Origin: an uncultured Pelagibacteraceae bacterium
Lineage (GTDB): Bacteria; Pseudomonadota; Alphaproteobacteria; Pelagibacterales; Pelagibacteraceae
Direction of reading: 5' to 3'
Assembly: GCA_902627935.1 (NCBI GenBank)
Contig: CACOLA010000003.1
Coordinates: 93,171-157,170, forward strand
Length of the DNA stretch: 64,000 bases
The notes under the pieces were generated by a model. The model was not told where the DNA came from and ran no database searches. It saw only the letters and a list, made by a program, of their open reading frames with translations. A program made the translations under genes and the position numbers. The first letter of the stretch is position 1. Every line of letters starts with the position of its first letter. Of the stretch, positions 1 to 9,641 are shown in pieces.

Positions 1-214
1 CTGACCATTTGCCAAATAAAACTTTATCACCGACTTTTACATCCATTGGTATCGTTTTGCCGTCTTCAGTTTTCGCACCACCACCAATTGCAACTACTTT
101 GCCCTCTTGAGGTTTTTCCTGTGCTGTATCAGGTATTATTATTCCACCTGCAGTTTTTTCGCTGCTATCTAAAACTTCTATTAAAACTCTATCGTGTAAC
201 GGTTTAAATTTCAT
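1..214 (-). CDS. groES: co-chaperonin GroES (5' part; runs off the window start)
   Basis: Manual translation from ATG at 214: [44 protein letters not shown]... (PLHDRV and GGIIIPD motifs). Confidence 0.97.
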   Translation of the reverse strand, partial: MKFKPLHDRVLIEVLDSSEKTAGGIIIPDTAQEKPQEGKVVAIGGGAKTEDGKTIPMDVKVGDKVLFGKWS

Positions 215-240
215 AAATTCTCCTTATTAATATGGTCTTC

Positions 241-268
241 ATATAGAGATTGACCTTACTATTTCAAG
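241..268 (-). promoter_or_regulatory. candidate sigma32 (RpoH) promoter of groES
   Basis: Minus strand reads CTTGAA-atagtaaggtcaat-CTCTATAT, resembling the alphaproteobacterial RpoH consensus CTTG-N17/18-CYTATNT; 26 bp upstream of the groES ATG. Confidence 0.65.
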
Positions 269-337
269 ATATAGTTAAAAATTAGTTAGTTAAAAAATAT
301 AGGAATTTGTGGGTTTTATGGTTTATAGATTAATTTA

Positions 338-1156
338 ATGACTAAAAATTTAGATAATGAAGGTCTAAGTTCTATAGCAGACAATTATCAGCTATTTTAT
401 GTTGACTTATGGGGAGTGGTCCATAATGGGGTTACTCTACACCTTGAAGCGATAAAAGCTCTCAAAGAAATCAATAAAAAAAGAAAGGACTATATTTTAC
501 TCACAAACGCACCCAGACCTAATCATGCAGTTAAATCTTTTTTGGAAAAACTAGGCATGGAGAAAGAAATTAGAGACCATGTTTTTACCTCTGGTGAGGC
601 AGCTCTCATTTATTTAAAGAAAAATTTGATTAATAAAAATTTTTTCCACGTTGGTCCACCAAGAGATTTTGATTTATTTAAAGACTTTGAAAAAATGAAA
701 TTAGATAATATAGAAAAAAGCGAATATATCTTATGCACAGGATTGTTTGATGATCATAATGAAGACTTAAATTATTATAAAGATCTGTTTGAAAAAAATA
801 TAAAAAAAAAAATGATTTGCACAAATCCTGATCTAATTGTTGACAGAGGAAACACTAGAGAATTTTGCGCTGGTTCTGTTGCAATGGTTTTTGAAAAAAT
901 GGGTGGAGAGGTTGTTTACTTTGGAAAACCTTATCCTGAGGTTTATAATCAATCTATTGATAACAAAAACAAAAAAATTCTTTCCATAGGCGATAATTTA
1001 AATACTGATATAAAAGGAGCAAACCTTTTAAATTACGATTCTTTGATAATATCGAATGGTATCCACAAAGATGAGATTAAAGAAAAAGGAATTGAAAAAG
1101 TTGCAAAATCTTATGAGGCAATTTGTAATTATGTACAATCAGAATTGAAATGGTGA
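338..1156 (+). CDS. HAD-superfamily class IIA hydrolase (TIGR01459-like)
   Basis: DLWGV, LTNAPRP, CTNPD, GKP and IGDNLNTDI motifs; sits upstream of ribF as in other alphaproteobacteria. Confidence 0.9.
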   Translation: MTKNLDNEGLSSIADNYQLFYVDLWGVVHNGVTLHLEAIKALKEINKKRKDYILLTNAPRPNHAVKSFLEKLGMEKEIRDHVFTSGEAALIYLKKNLINKNFFHVGPPRDFDLFKDFEKMKLDNIEKSEYILCTGLFDDHNEDLNYYKDLFEKNIKKKMICTNPDLIVDRGNTREFCAGSVAMVFEKMGGEVVYFGKPYPEVYNQSIDNKNKKILSIGDNLNTDIKGANLLNYDSLIISNGIHKDEIKEKGIEKVAKSYEAICNYVQSELKW

Positions 1157-2076
1157 AATCAAAAAAAATATATAAAAATTTCAATATCAATACTGAATGT
1201 AAAAATTCAATTTTATTAATTGGTAACTTTGATGGAATTCACAAAGGACATCAAAAATTATTCTCATTAGCTAAGAAATATAAAAAAAAATATTTCTCAA
1301 AAATTGGTGTATTGACTTTTGAACCAATGCCAAAAATGTTTTTTAATAAGAATCTAGATAATTTTAGAATCTCTAATTTACAGCAAAAAATTGATAATCT
1401 CAAAAATCTTAATGTAGATTTTTTGATAATAAAGAAGTTTGATCGAAAATTCTCAAAAATAAAATCTAAAACTTTCATTAAAGAAATATTAGGTAAAAAG
1501 TTAAAACCAAAATTTATTTTTGTAAGCAATAATTTTAGATTTGGAAATAAGAGAGAAGGCAACGTTAGACAGTTGATTAAATTTGAGAGAATGTATGGTT
1601 ATAAGGTAGTTAAACCACAACCACTGTTAACCAATAAAAAAATAGCATCTTCATCGTTGGTAAGAAAACTTTTACAAAAAGGAAAATTAGAAAAAGCTAA
1701 TAAAATTCTGAATAGAAATTGGTCAATTATAGGAAAAGTCCAAAAAGGAAGACAGTTAGGAAAAAAAATTGGTTTTGCTACCGCAAACATTGATATCAAG
1801 GATTATATTTTAGCTTGCCCAGGTGTATATGCAGTTAAAGCAAAAAGATACGGTAAAAACAATTACATAAAAGGGATTGCAAATTTAGGTTATCGACCAA
1901 CATTTAATGGAAAAAAAATATTATTAGAAGTTCATTTATTTAATTTTTCTGGAAATCTTTATAATAAGTATTTAACTGTAGAATTTAAAAAATTTATAAG
2001 AAAAGAAAAAAAATTTAAAGATGTCGACCAACTTAAAAAACAAATTAAAACTGACTTATTAATAGCAAAAAAATAA
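1150..2076 (+). CDS. ribF: bifunctional riboflavin kinase/FAD synthetase
   Basis: IGNFDGIHKGHQ, NFRFG, G..LG..IGFATAN, RPTF and LEVH motifs. Confidence 0.96.
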   Translation: MVKSKKIYKNFNINTECKNSILLIGNFDGIHKGHQKLFSLAKKYKKKYFSKIGVLTFEPMPKMFFNKNLDNFRISNLQQKIDNLKNLNVDFLIIKKFDRKFSKIKSKTFIKEILGKKLKPKFIFVSNNFRFGNKREGNVRQLIKFERMYGYKVVKPQPLLTNKKIASSSLVRKLLQKGKLEKANKILNRNWSIIGKVQKGRQLGKKIGFATANIDIKDYILACPGVYAVKAKRYGKNNYIKGIANLGYRPTFNGKKILLEVHLFNFSGNLYNKYLTVEFKKFIRKEKKFKDVDQLKKQIKTDLLIAKK

Positions 2077-2077
2077 A

Positions 2078-4792
2078 ATGAGTAAATCACAAATTAATCT
2101 TCCTAAAACTGCTTTTTCTATGAAAGCAAATTTGCCAACACGAGAACCAGAAATTTTGAAACTTTGGCAAAAAATAAATCTTTATAAGGAATTAAGAAAA
2201 TCGAGAATAGGAGAGGATAAATTTGTTCTACACGATGGCCCACCTTATGCAAATGGAAATATACACATGGGTACTGCATTAAATAAAATTTTAAAAGACA
2301 TAATTGTTAAATTTCACCAAATGGACGGCAAAGACTCAGTTTATGTTCCAGGATGGGATTGTCATGGGTTGCCAATAGAATGGAAAATTGAAGAACAGTA
2401 TAAAAAAAATAAGAAAAATAAGAACGAAGTTCCTATTGTTGAATTTAGAAAAGAATGCAGAGCTTTCGCAGAAAAATGGATAGGTGTTCATAAAGATCAA
2501 TTTAAAAGACTGGGAGTTGTAGGAGATTGGGAAAATTACTATTCTACAATGAGTTATGAAGCCGAAGCTCAAATTGTCAGAGAGCTAGGAAAGTTTTTAA
2601 ATGAAGGAAGTCTTTACAGAGGGTTTAAGCCTGTCCTTTGGTCTACAGTTGAAAAAACAGCTTTAGCAGATGCAGAGGTAGAATATCAAAATCACAAATC
2701 AGATACAATTTATGCATCTTTTCCAGTTAAATCGTCAAAAATTAGAGAACTTATTAATAGTGATATAATTATTTGGACAACTACACCCTGGACTATTCCG
2801 GCTAATAGAGCCTTAGCATATAATGAGAGCTTAGATTATATACTTGTTGAAATTGGAGATGATGGAGATTTTAAGAATAAAAAAATTGTATTTGCAGAAG
2901 CATTATTAGAATCTGTTTTAAAAGATTGTAAAATAAATGATTTTAAAACTATAAAAAAATTTAAAGGTAAGGAATTAAAAGAAACTGTATGTAATCATCC
3001 TTTTTTTAAACTTGGATATGATTACGAAATACCTTTACTTGAGGCTCGATTTGTTACTATTGAACAGGGTACAGGCATAGTTCATTGTGCACCAAGTCAT
3101 GGACCTGATGATTTTAATTTATGTTTAAACAACGGTATAAAAGCTATCGAAACAGTAGATGGTGATGGCAAGTACACTCAAAATGTAATGTTATTTGAAG
3201 GTATACATATTTTTAAATCTAATCCAATTGTGATTGAAAAATTGAAGGACCAAAAAAAACTTTTATCAAATGGTGAATTAATTCATTCTTATCCTCATTC
3301 TTGGCGATCTAAAGCACCACTAGTTCATAGAGCAACACCACAATGGTTCATTTCAATGGATAGTCATCAGCTAAGAACTAAAGCTCTTAAAGCAATTGAT
3401 GACACAACTTTTTATCCTAGCAAAGGTAAGGAAAGGTTAAAATCGATGATTGAAACAAGACCTGATTGGTGTGTTTCAAGACAAAGAGTTTGGGGAGTGC
3501 CACTACCAATTTTTATTAATAAAAAAACAAATGAAATCTTGGTGGATAGTGATGTTTTTGAGAATATTGCAAAAATTTACGAAAAAGAGGGTTCTGATTG
3601 TTGGTTCTCTGATGATCCTCAAAAATTTCTTGGACCCAAATATAAATCGGAGGATTTTGACAAGCTGAGTGATATTGTTGAAGTATGGTTCGATAGCGGT
3701 TCAACTCATTCTTTTGTGTTAGAAAAAAGAAAAGATCTTAAATGGCCAGCATCAATGTATTTAGAGGGATCTGATCAACACAGAGGCTGGTTTCATTCCT
3801 CGTTGCTAGAATCTTGTGGAACAAGAGGTAGAGCACCTTTTGATTCAATACTTTCACATGGATTTGTGGTTGACGGAAAAGGATTAAAAATGTCAAAGTC
3901 TTTAGGTAACGTAATCGCTCCTGAGGATATTCTTAAAAAATATGGAGCTGATATTTTAAGAATTTGGGTTGCTTCCTCTAATTATGCAGAGGATTTAAGA
4001 ATTGATTATTCGATATTAGATCAACATGCAGAATCTTATAGGAAGATAAGAAATACATTTAGGTATTTACTTGGGAATTTAAATGACTCATACGAAAACA
4101 CGGATTTAGAAAAATTACAAATACAGGACTTACCTGAATTAGAACAACTAATGCTTCATAGAATTTTCAAACTAAATTTAAATTTTAACAAATATTTTAA
4201 AAACTATGATTTCCATAACCTTTACAAAGAATTATTAAATTTTTGCACAGTTGATCTTTCGTCTTTCTATTTTGATATAAGAAAAGATATTTTGTATTGT
4301 GATCCAAAAGATTCTGAAAAAAGAAAATATACTTTATTACTGTTAAATATTTTATTAAATTCACTGATAAGGTGGTTTGCGCCAATATTGCCTTTCACAA
4401 CTGAAGAGATTTATCAACTTGTTACTAAGGACAAAAAAAGTGTTCATTTAGAAAAATTTTTGAATTTCCCTAAAAAATTTGAAAATTCGAAATTAAATTC
4501 TAAATGGGAAAAATTACTTAAAATCAGAGATATATGTAATTTAAGTATTGAAGAAAAAAGATCTAACAAAATAATTGGATCAAGTTTAGATGCTTCACTG
4601 ACGATAAAGTTAAATAAAGAAAAAATAGATTTAATTAATGGCATTGATTTGTCAGAATTAACCATAACATCATCGGTAAATGTAGAGGAAATAAAAAGCG
4701 AGGAAGTTTTAGTAGATACAAAAAAAGCCAAAGGAGACAAATGTCCGGTCTGTTGGAAAATTAATACTAGCCCATGTAAAAGACATAGCTAG
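2078..4792 (+). CDS. ileS: isoleucine--tRNA ligase (type 1)
   Basis: LHDGPPYANG, GWDCHGLPIE, WTTTPWT, GTGIVH, EGSDQHRGWF and KMSKS motifs. Confidence 0.98.
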   Translation: MSKSQINLPKTAFSMKANLPTREPEILKLWQKINLYKELRKSRIGEDKFVLHDGPPYANGNIHMGTALNKILKDIIVKFHQMDGKDSVYVPGWDCHGLPIEWKIEEQYKKNKKNKNEVPIVEFRKECRAFAEKWIGVHKDQFKRLGVVGDWENYYSTMSYEAEAQIVRELGKFLNEGSLYRGFKPVLWSTVEKTALADAEVEYQNHKSDTIYASFPVKSSKIRELINSDIIIWTTTPWTIPANRALAYNESLDYILVEIGDDGDFKNKKIVFAEALLESVLKDCKINDFKTIKKFKGKELKETVCNHPFFKLGYDYEIPLLEARFVTIEQGTGIVHCAPSHGPDDFNLCLNNGIKAIETVDGDGKYTQNVMLFEGIHIFKSNPIVIEKLKDQKKLLSNGELIHSYPHSWRSKAPLVHRATPQWFISMDSHQLRTKALKAIDDTTFYPSKGKERLKSMIETRPDWCVSRQRVWGVPLPIFINKKTNEILVDSDVFENIAKIYEKEGSDCWFSDDPQKFLGPKYKSEDFDKLSDIVEVWFDSGSTHSFVLEKRKDLKWPASMYLEGSDQHRGWFHSSLLESCGTRGRAPFDSILSHGFVVDGKGLKMSKSLGNVIAPEDILKKYGADILRIWVASSNYAEDLRIDYSILDQHAESYRKIRNTFRYLLGNLNDSYENTDLEKLQIQDLPELEQLMLHRIFKLNLNFNKYFKNYDFHNLYKELLNFCTVDLSSFYFDIRKDILYCDPKDSEKRKYTLLLLNILLNSLIRWFAPILPFTTEEIYQLVTKDKKSVHLEKFLNFPKKFENSKLNSKWEKLLKIRDICNLSIEEKRSNKIIGSSLDASLTIKLNKEKIDLINGIDLSELTITSSVNVEEIKSEEVLVDTKKAKGDKCPVCWKINTSPCKRHS

Positions 4793-4799
4793 CAAAAAA

Positions 4800-5273
4800 A
4801 TGCTCAGAAAAAATTTACCAAATATTTTTTTTATAGTTGTAATTTTTGTATTGGATCGTATTAGCAAATATTATATTTTAGAATTATCAAAATCTTATGA
4901 GAAGTTAAATATTCAAGTAACCTCTTTTTTAAATTTTAATTTAGTTTGGAATGATGGTATCGCATTTGGTTTATTTTCATTTCAACAAAATTTTTATTAT
5001 CAAATACTTACAATTATAATCATAACGATAACTTTAATTATAATTTGGTTTGCTTTTAGGTCAAAAGGGTTAGAAAAAATAGGCTTTCTTATGATTTCAG
5101 GGGGTTCGTTAGGAAATATATTTGATAGATTGTATTATTCATCTGTAATAGATTTTATTGACTTAAGTTATAATAATTTTCATTGGTTTATATTTAATGT
5201 TGCTGATATATTCATAACATTTGGTGTTATAATGTTAATCGCTATAGAACTAACAAAAACAAAAAAAATATGA
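4800..5273 (+). CDS. lspA: lipoprotein signal peptidase II
   Basis: N.GIAFG, GNIFDR, VIDFI and FNVAD motifs; follows ileS. Confidence 0.96.
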   Translation: MLRKNLPNIFFIVVIFVLDRISKYYILELSKSYEKLNIQVTSFLNFNLVWNDGIAFGLFSFQQNFYYQILTIIIITITLIIIWFAFRSKGLEKIGFLMISGGSLGNIFDRLYYSSVIDFIDLSYNNFHWFIFNVADIFITFGVIMLIAIELTKTKKI

Positions 5274-5581
5274 AAAAATTCATCATAATTATAATTTCTT
5301 TTTTAACTCTACAGTCTTGTCAATCAGCTCAAGATGCACTTACATTAAAAAAAAAAAATAGCGGTGACGAATTTCTTGTAGAAAAAAAAAGCCCATTAGT
5401 AATGCCCCCAGATTATGGAAAACTACCATCACCCTCAAGTGATCAAGAAAATAAAAAACAAAATAGTGATGACACAATTGAAAACTTAATTAGTAGTGAT
5501 AAAAAAATATTAAATACAAAAAAAGAAAAAAATTCTGAAACATCATCAATTGAAAAAATTATTTTAGAAAAAATAAAGTAG
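5270..5581 (+). CDS. DUF3035-like lipoprotein
   Basis: Lipobox LQSC; DEFLV..K.PLVMPPDY..LP.P motif; downstream of lspA. Confidence 0.8.
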   Translation: MKKFIIIIISFLTLQSCQSAQDALTLKKKNSGDEFLVEKKSPLVMPPDYGKLPSPSSDQENKKQNSDDTIENLISSDKKILNTKKEKNSETSSIEKIILEKIK

Positions 5582-5586
5582 GCTTG

Positions 5587-6747
5587 ATGTTTAATAATTC
5601 TATTAAGATTAAAAAATTTCTGATTAAAAAAAATCTGCCCTCAAAAAAAAATTTATTAAAATTATATTATAAATTAGTAAATAGTGATAATAAGATTTTA
5701 TCTTCAATGAAAGATAACTATGAAGATTCTTACAAAAAAAAACATATCAAAAATCTAAAAAAATTTAATAATGTTAATATTATTGGTATGGGTGGATCAA
5801 TTCTCGGCGCAAAAGCGATCCACAATTTTTTGTCTATTAAAAAAAAAAATTTTAATTTTATAGATAATTTTCAAAGTCTTAATTCACTTAAATTAAAGAA
5901 AAACCATATAAATTTAATTATCTCAAAATCTGGAAATACATTAGAAACAATATCAAATTCAAATATCTTAATTAATAATCAAAAAAATATTTTTCTTACG
6001 GAAAATAAAAAAAGTTATTTAACAAATTTAGCAAAAAAACTAAAAGCTGAGATTGTTCACCATAATAATTTTATTGGAGGGAGGTATTCTGTATTATCCG
6101 AGGTAGGCATGTTACCTGCAGAGTTAATGGGATATAAGCCTGAAAAATTTAGAAAATTTAATCAATTGATTAATAACAAAAAATTTATTGAATCATTGAC
6201 TCAAAACGTTTCTGATATTTTGAGACTTACTAAAAAAAATAAAACAAATTCAATAATCTTAAATTATGATAAAAAATCTGAGGGCCTCTTTAATTGGTAT
6301 CAACAACTTGTAGCCGAAAGTTTAGGAAAACAAAATAAAGGTATTTTACCAATCATTTCTTCAATGCCTGAGGATAATCACAGTTTAATGCAGTATTATC
6401 TAGATGGAATAAAAAATAACTTCTTCACTTTATTTTTTGTAAAAGAAAAAAATTCGAAAAAAATAAACAGTAAAAAGATACTATACTCACATGACTATCT
6501 TCAAAATAAGAGTCTGAATGATATTTCATTTTCACAATTTCGTGCAACAGAAAATGTTTTTAACAAAAAAAAAATACCTTTTAGAAGTTTCATTATTCAT
6601 AAAAGAAATGAGAGAACATTGGGAGAATTATTCACTTTTTTTATGTTGGAAACAATTTTATTAGGTATGGCAATGAAAATTAATCCATTTAATCAGCCTG
6701 CAGTTGAACTTATTAAAAAAGATACTATAAAATTTCTTAAAGCTTAA
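5587..6747 (+). CDS. pgi: glucose-6-phosphate isomerase (short form)
   Basis: GMGGS, SKSGNTLET, GGRYS, QQLVAESLGK and NPFNQPAVE..K motifs; ATG at 5587 preferred over TTG at 5584. Confidence 0.88.
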   Translation: MFNNSIKIKKFLIKKNLPSKKNLLKLYYKLVNSDNKILSSMKDNYEDSYKKKHIKNLKKFNNVNIIGMGGSILGAKAIHNFLSIKKKNFNFIDNFQSLNSLKLKKNHINLIISKSGNTLETISNSNILINNQKNIFLTENKKSYLTNLAKKLKAEIVHHNNFIGGRYSVLSEVGMLPAELMGYKPEKFRKFNQLINNKKFIESLTQNVSDILRLTKKNKTNSIILNYDKKSEGLFNWYQQLVAESLGKQNKGILPIISSMPEDNHSLMQYYLDGIKNNFFTLFFVKEKNSKKINSKKILYSHDYLQNKSLNDISFSQFRATENVFNKKKIPFRSFIIHKRNERTLGELFTFFMLETILLGMAMKINPFNQPAVELIKKDTIKFLKA

Positions 6748-7304
6748 TTAAGAAATGAAATTTTTGAAATACCGTACAAACGTTCTTCAATAATATTTAC
6801 TTTTTCAGTAAACTTAATTTTATCGTTCTTATGTCTGTGAACAATTATAATTCCATTTAAACGTAGCATATCTCTTTCTTTTATTTTTTCGATAATTTCA
6901 TTTATTTTTATCTCTTTAAACGGTGGATCTATAAAAATTATATTAAATTTAAGTTTTATTTTTTCATACTTTAAAAGATCAAAACAATCATTTTGTACTA
7001 CCTCATAATTTTTTATATTTTTAAGAGAATTTAAATTTTTTTCTAAGATTTTTAACGCTTCAATATAATTTTCAAAAAAAATTACCTTCAATGCTTTTCG
7101 GGACAGACACTCTATTCCAAATGAACCAGTGCCTGCAAATAAATCCAAAATTATTGAGTTTTCAATTTTACAGTTAATCTTGTTAGAGTGATTAATTAAG
7201 TTAAAAATTGCTTCTTTAGCAAGATCTTTAAGTGGTCTAGTTTTTTTATCTGTTGGTAAAAATAATTTTCTACCTTTAAATATTCCTCCTATTATTCTCA
7301 TCAA
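6744..7304 (-). CDS. rsmD: 16S rRNA m2G966 methyltransferase
   Basis: MRIIGG..KGR, TRP, LDLFAGTG and IDPPF motifs. Confidence 0.93.
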   Translation of the reverse strand: MMRIIGGIFKGRKLFLPTDKKTRPLKDLAKEAIFNLINHSNKINCKIENSIILDLFAGTGSFGIECLSRKALKVIFFENYIEALKILEKNLNSLKNIKNYEVVQNDCFDLLKYEKIKLKFNIIFIDPPFKEIKINEIIEKIKERDMLRLNGIIIVHRHKNDKIKFTEKVNIIEERLYGISKISFLN

Positions 7305-8563
7305 TTGATAACCTTAAAACCAATATCTTTTCTATAAAAACCATGCTTCCAATTTAATTTTTCAATTAATTTAAATACAATCAATCTACTTTTTTTAAAA
7401 CTATCTGAGACTGCAACAAAGTTAAGAACTCGTCCACCATTTGAAAATATTTTTGAGTTATCGACTTTTGTACCAGCATGAAATAAAAATTCATTTTCTA
7501 CTAAATTGATTTTATTTAAATTCTTAATTTCTTTATTTTTTCTATAATTTTCTGGATATCCAATTGAACAAAGCACTATTGATAAAGATTTATTTTCATG
7601 CCATTCTATTTTGATTTGATCTAATTTAGAATTAATAACTGCATTTATAATTTCAAAAAAATCTGTTTTGAGCCTTGGTAAAATAGTTTGACATTCTGGA
7701 TCACCCATTCTCACATTATATTCAATTAAAAATGGCTCATTTTTAACTATCATTAAACCTGCGTATAAAAAACCTTTATAGCTCACACCCATATCCTTCA
7801 ATGCTTGAAGAGTTGGCTCAATAATTTTTTTTAATATCTTTCGCTCTAATTGATTATTTTCAAGCCTTGAAGGTGAATAAGCTCCCATTCCACCTGTATT
7901 AGGACCAACATCTCCTTCCCCAACTTTTTTGTGGTCTTGAGCAGTTCCAAAATTTTTGATACTTTTTCCATCAGAAACGATAAAAAAACTCATTTCTTCT
8001 CCATTTAGAAATTCTTCAATCAAAACTTGATTAGCCTCCCCAAATTTTCCATTGAAAATTTCATTAACAGCTTTTCTTGATTGATGTTTTGACTCACAAA
8101 TGTAGACGCCTTTTCCAGCTGCAAGGCCATCAGATTTAACTACAACAGGAAATTTTGATTGATCTAAAAATTCTAGCGCATTGATCTTATTTTTGAAAAC
8201 ACCAAATTTTGCTGTAGGAATATTATATTTTGAGCATATATTTTTGGTAAATATTTTAGACCCTTCAAGCTGTGATGCAAATTTATTAGGACCAAAAACT
8301 TTTATTTGATTTTTTTCTAAAAAATCAACCAAACCATCAACTAATGGTTTTTCGGGACCTATAATAACTAGATCAATCTTATTTTTTTTTATAAATTTTT
8401 TAATGAGCCCAAAATTTGCGATATCTAAATCAATATTATTTGCTATAGATTGTGTACCTGCATTTCCTGGAACACAAAAAATTGACTTAATTTCATCTGA
8501 TTTTTTTAGTGAATGGCAAATAGCATGCTCTCTACCACCACTTCCAATTATTAAAACTTTCAT
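7301..8563 (-). CDS. purD: phosphoribosylamine--glycine ligase
   Basis: GSGGREHA, LEGSK, GLAAGKGV, QDHK, GPNTGGMGAY and RMGDPE motifs. Confidence 0.98.
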   Translation of the reverse strand: MKVLIIGSGGREHAICHSLKKSDEIKSIFCVPGNAGTQSIANNIDLDIANFGLIKKFIKKNKIDLVIIGPEKPLVDGLVDFLEKNQIKVFGPNKFASQLEGSKIFTKNICSKYNIPTAKFGVFKNKINALEFLDQSKFPVVVKSDGLAAGKGVYICESKHQSRKAVNEIFNGKFGEANQVLIEEFLNGEEMSFFIVSDGKSIKNFGTAQDHKKVGEGDVGPNTGGMGAYSPSRLENNQLERKILKKIIEPTLQALKDMGVSYKGFLYAGLMIVKNEPFLIEYNVRMGDPECQTILPRLKTDFFEIINAVINSKLDQIKIEWHENKSLSIVLCSIGYPENYRKNKEIKNLNKINLVENEFLFHAGTKVDNSKIFSNGGRVLNFVAVSDSFKKSRLIVFKLIEKLNWKHGFYRKDIGFKVIN

Positions 8564-8584
8564 ATAAAGATATATAAACTAAAA

Positions 8585-8776
8585 ATGTTCAAAAAATTAG
8601 CTAAAATAAAATATTTACCAAATAATTTTGAAATTATAGAGCATGGCGATCATGTAATATGTTCAATTTCTGGCAAAAAAATTCCATTGGAAAAATTAAA
8701 TTATTGGAATGTAGATTTACAAGAGGCATATTTCTCTTATGTTGAAGCATCTTTAAAAAAAGAAAATCAAAATTAA
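8585..8776 (+). CDS. DUF2093-like small protein
   Basis: GDHVIC..SG..IPL..L.YWNV..QEAY pattern; this family is usually found near lpxK. Confidence 0.8.
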   Translation: MFKKLAKIKYLPNNFEIIEHGDHVICSISGKKIPLEKLNYWNVDLQEAYFSYVEASLKKENQN

Positions 8777-8777
8777 A

Positions 8778-9641
8778 TTACTTCCATCTATTATGAGTCC
8801 AAATCCATTGTGAGGGGTTTGATATTATCATTGTTTCAATAATGTTATTTAATTTGAGCGTAATTGATTGAATAGATTGGTCTTTTTCAAATGAAATTGG
8901 TTTATGAATTTTTAATTTAAAATTATTTTCTTTATCACGTGCAATATGAATAGGGACAATTTTTACATTAAACTTTTTGGAAAATTGGGCAGGAATTGTT
9001 GTAGTTAAAGCTTTCTTATTAAACAAATCTACTTTAATTCCCTCTGATACACGTTGATCAATCATCAAGGCGATCGAAGATCCATTTTTAAAATAGCTTA
9101 ATATTTGCCTAGTGCCGGTTATACCTTTTTTAATTTGCTTTTTACAAATATATTTTCTTCTTATGTTTTCCATCAAAGGGTTTAAGAAAAAATTATTTAA
9201 TGGTCTATATATTGCTGCAAGATCGATACCTGATTTTTCAATATGCATAGCCATTAGTTCAAAATTATCAAAATGTCCTGAAATGAATATCACCGGTTTC
9301 TGTTCTTGTTTGATTTCTTCTAGATATTTTTGATTTTCAACTTCTATAAAACAATTATCTAATTTTGATGATCTGAAATTTTTGATAAAAGAATATTCAG
9401 CAAATATTTTCCCATAATTATTCCACATTTTCTTTATAATTTTATCGCTTTCTCTCTTTGAAATATTTGGAAAAGCATATGATAAATTTTTTTCACAAAT
9501 TTTCTTAGACCTAAATAATGGACCTAAGAATGAAAAAATATTTCCTGAAATCATTAATGAATTTTTTAATCCTAATATTTTATAGATAAAAAATAAAAAA
9601 ATTATTATTAAAAATTGTAAAAAATATTTAATTTCTTTCAT
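8778..9641 (-). CDS. lpxL: lipid A lauroyl/late acyltransferase (HtrB/LpxL family)
   Basis: H-x4-E (HFDNFE), YRPLNN, IDQ and P.QW.W.HNRWK motifs. Confidence 0.88.
   Translation of the reverse strand: MKEIKYFLQFLIIIFLFFIYKILGLKNSLMISGNIFSFLGPLFRSKKICEKNLSYAFPNISKRESDKIIKKMWNNYGKIFAEYSFIKNFRSSKLDNCFIEVENQKYLEEIKQEQKPVIFISGHFDNFELMAMHIEKSGIDLAAIYRPLNNFFLNPLMENIRRKYICKKQIKKGITGTRQILSYFKNGSSIALMIDQRVSEGIKVDLFNKKALTTTIPAQFSKKFNVKIVPIHIARDKENNFKLKIHKPISFEKDQSIQSITLKLNNIIETMIISNPSQWIWTHNRWK

Noticed and set aside
271-296. TTAA/TTAG repeats upstream of groES as a CtrA box
   Set aside because: Only an imperfect TTAA-N7-TTAG match, which is expected by chance at this AT content.
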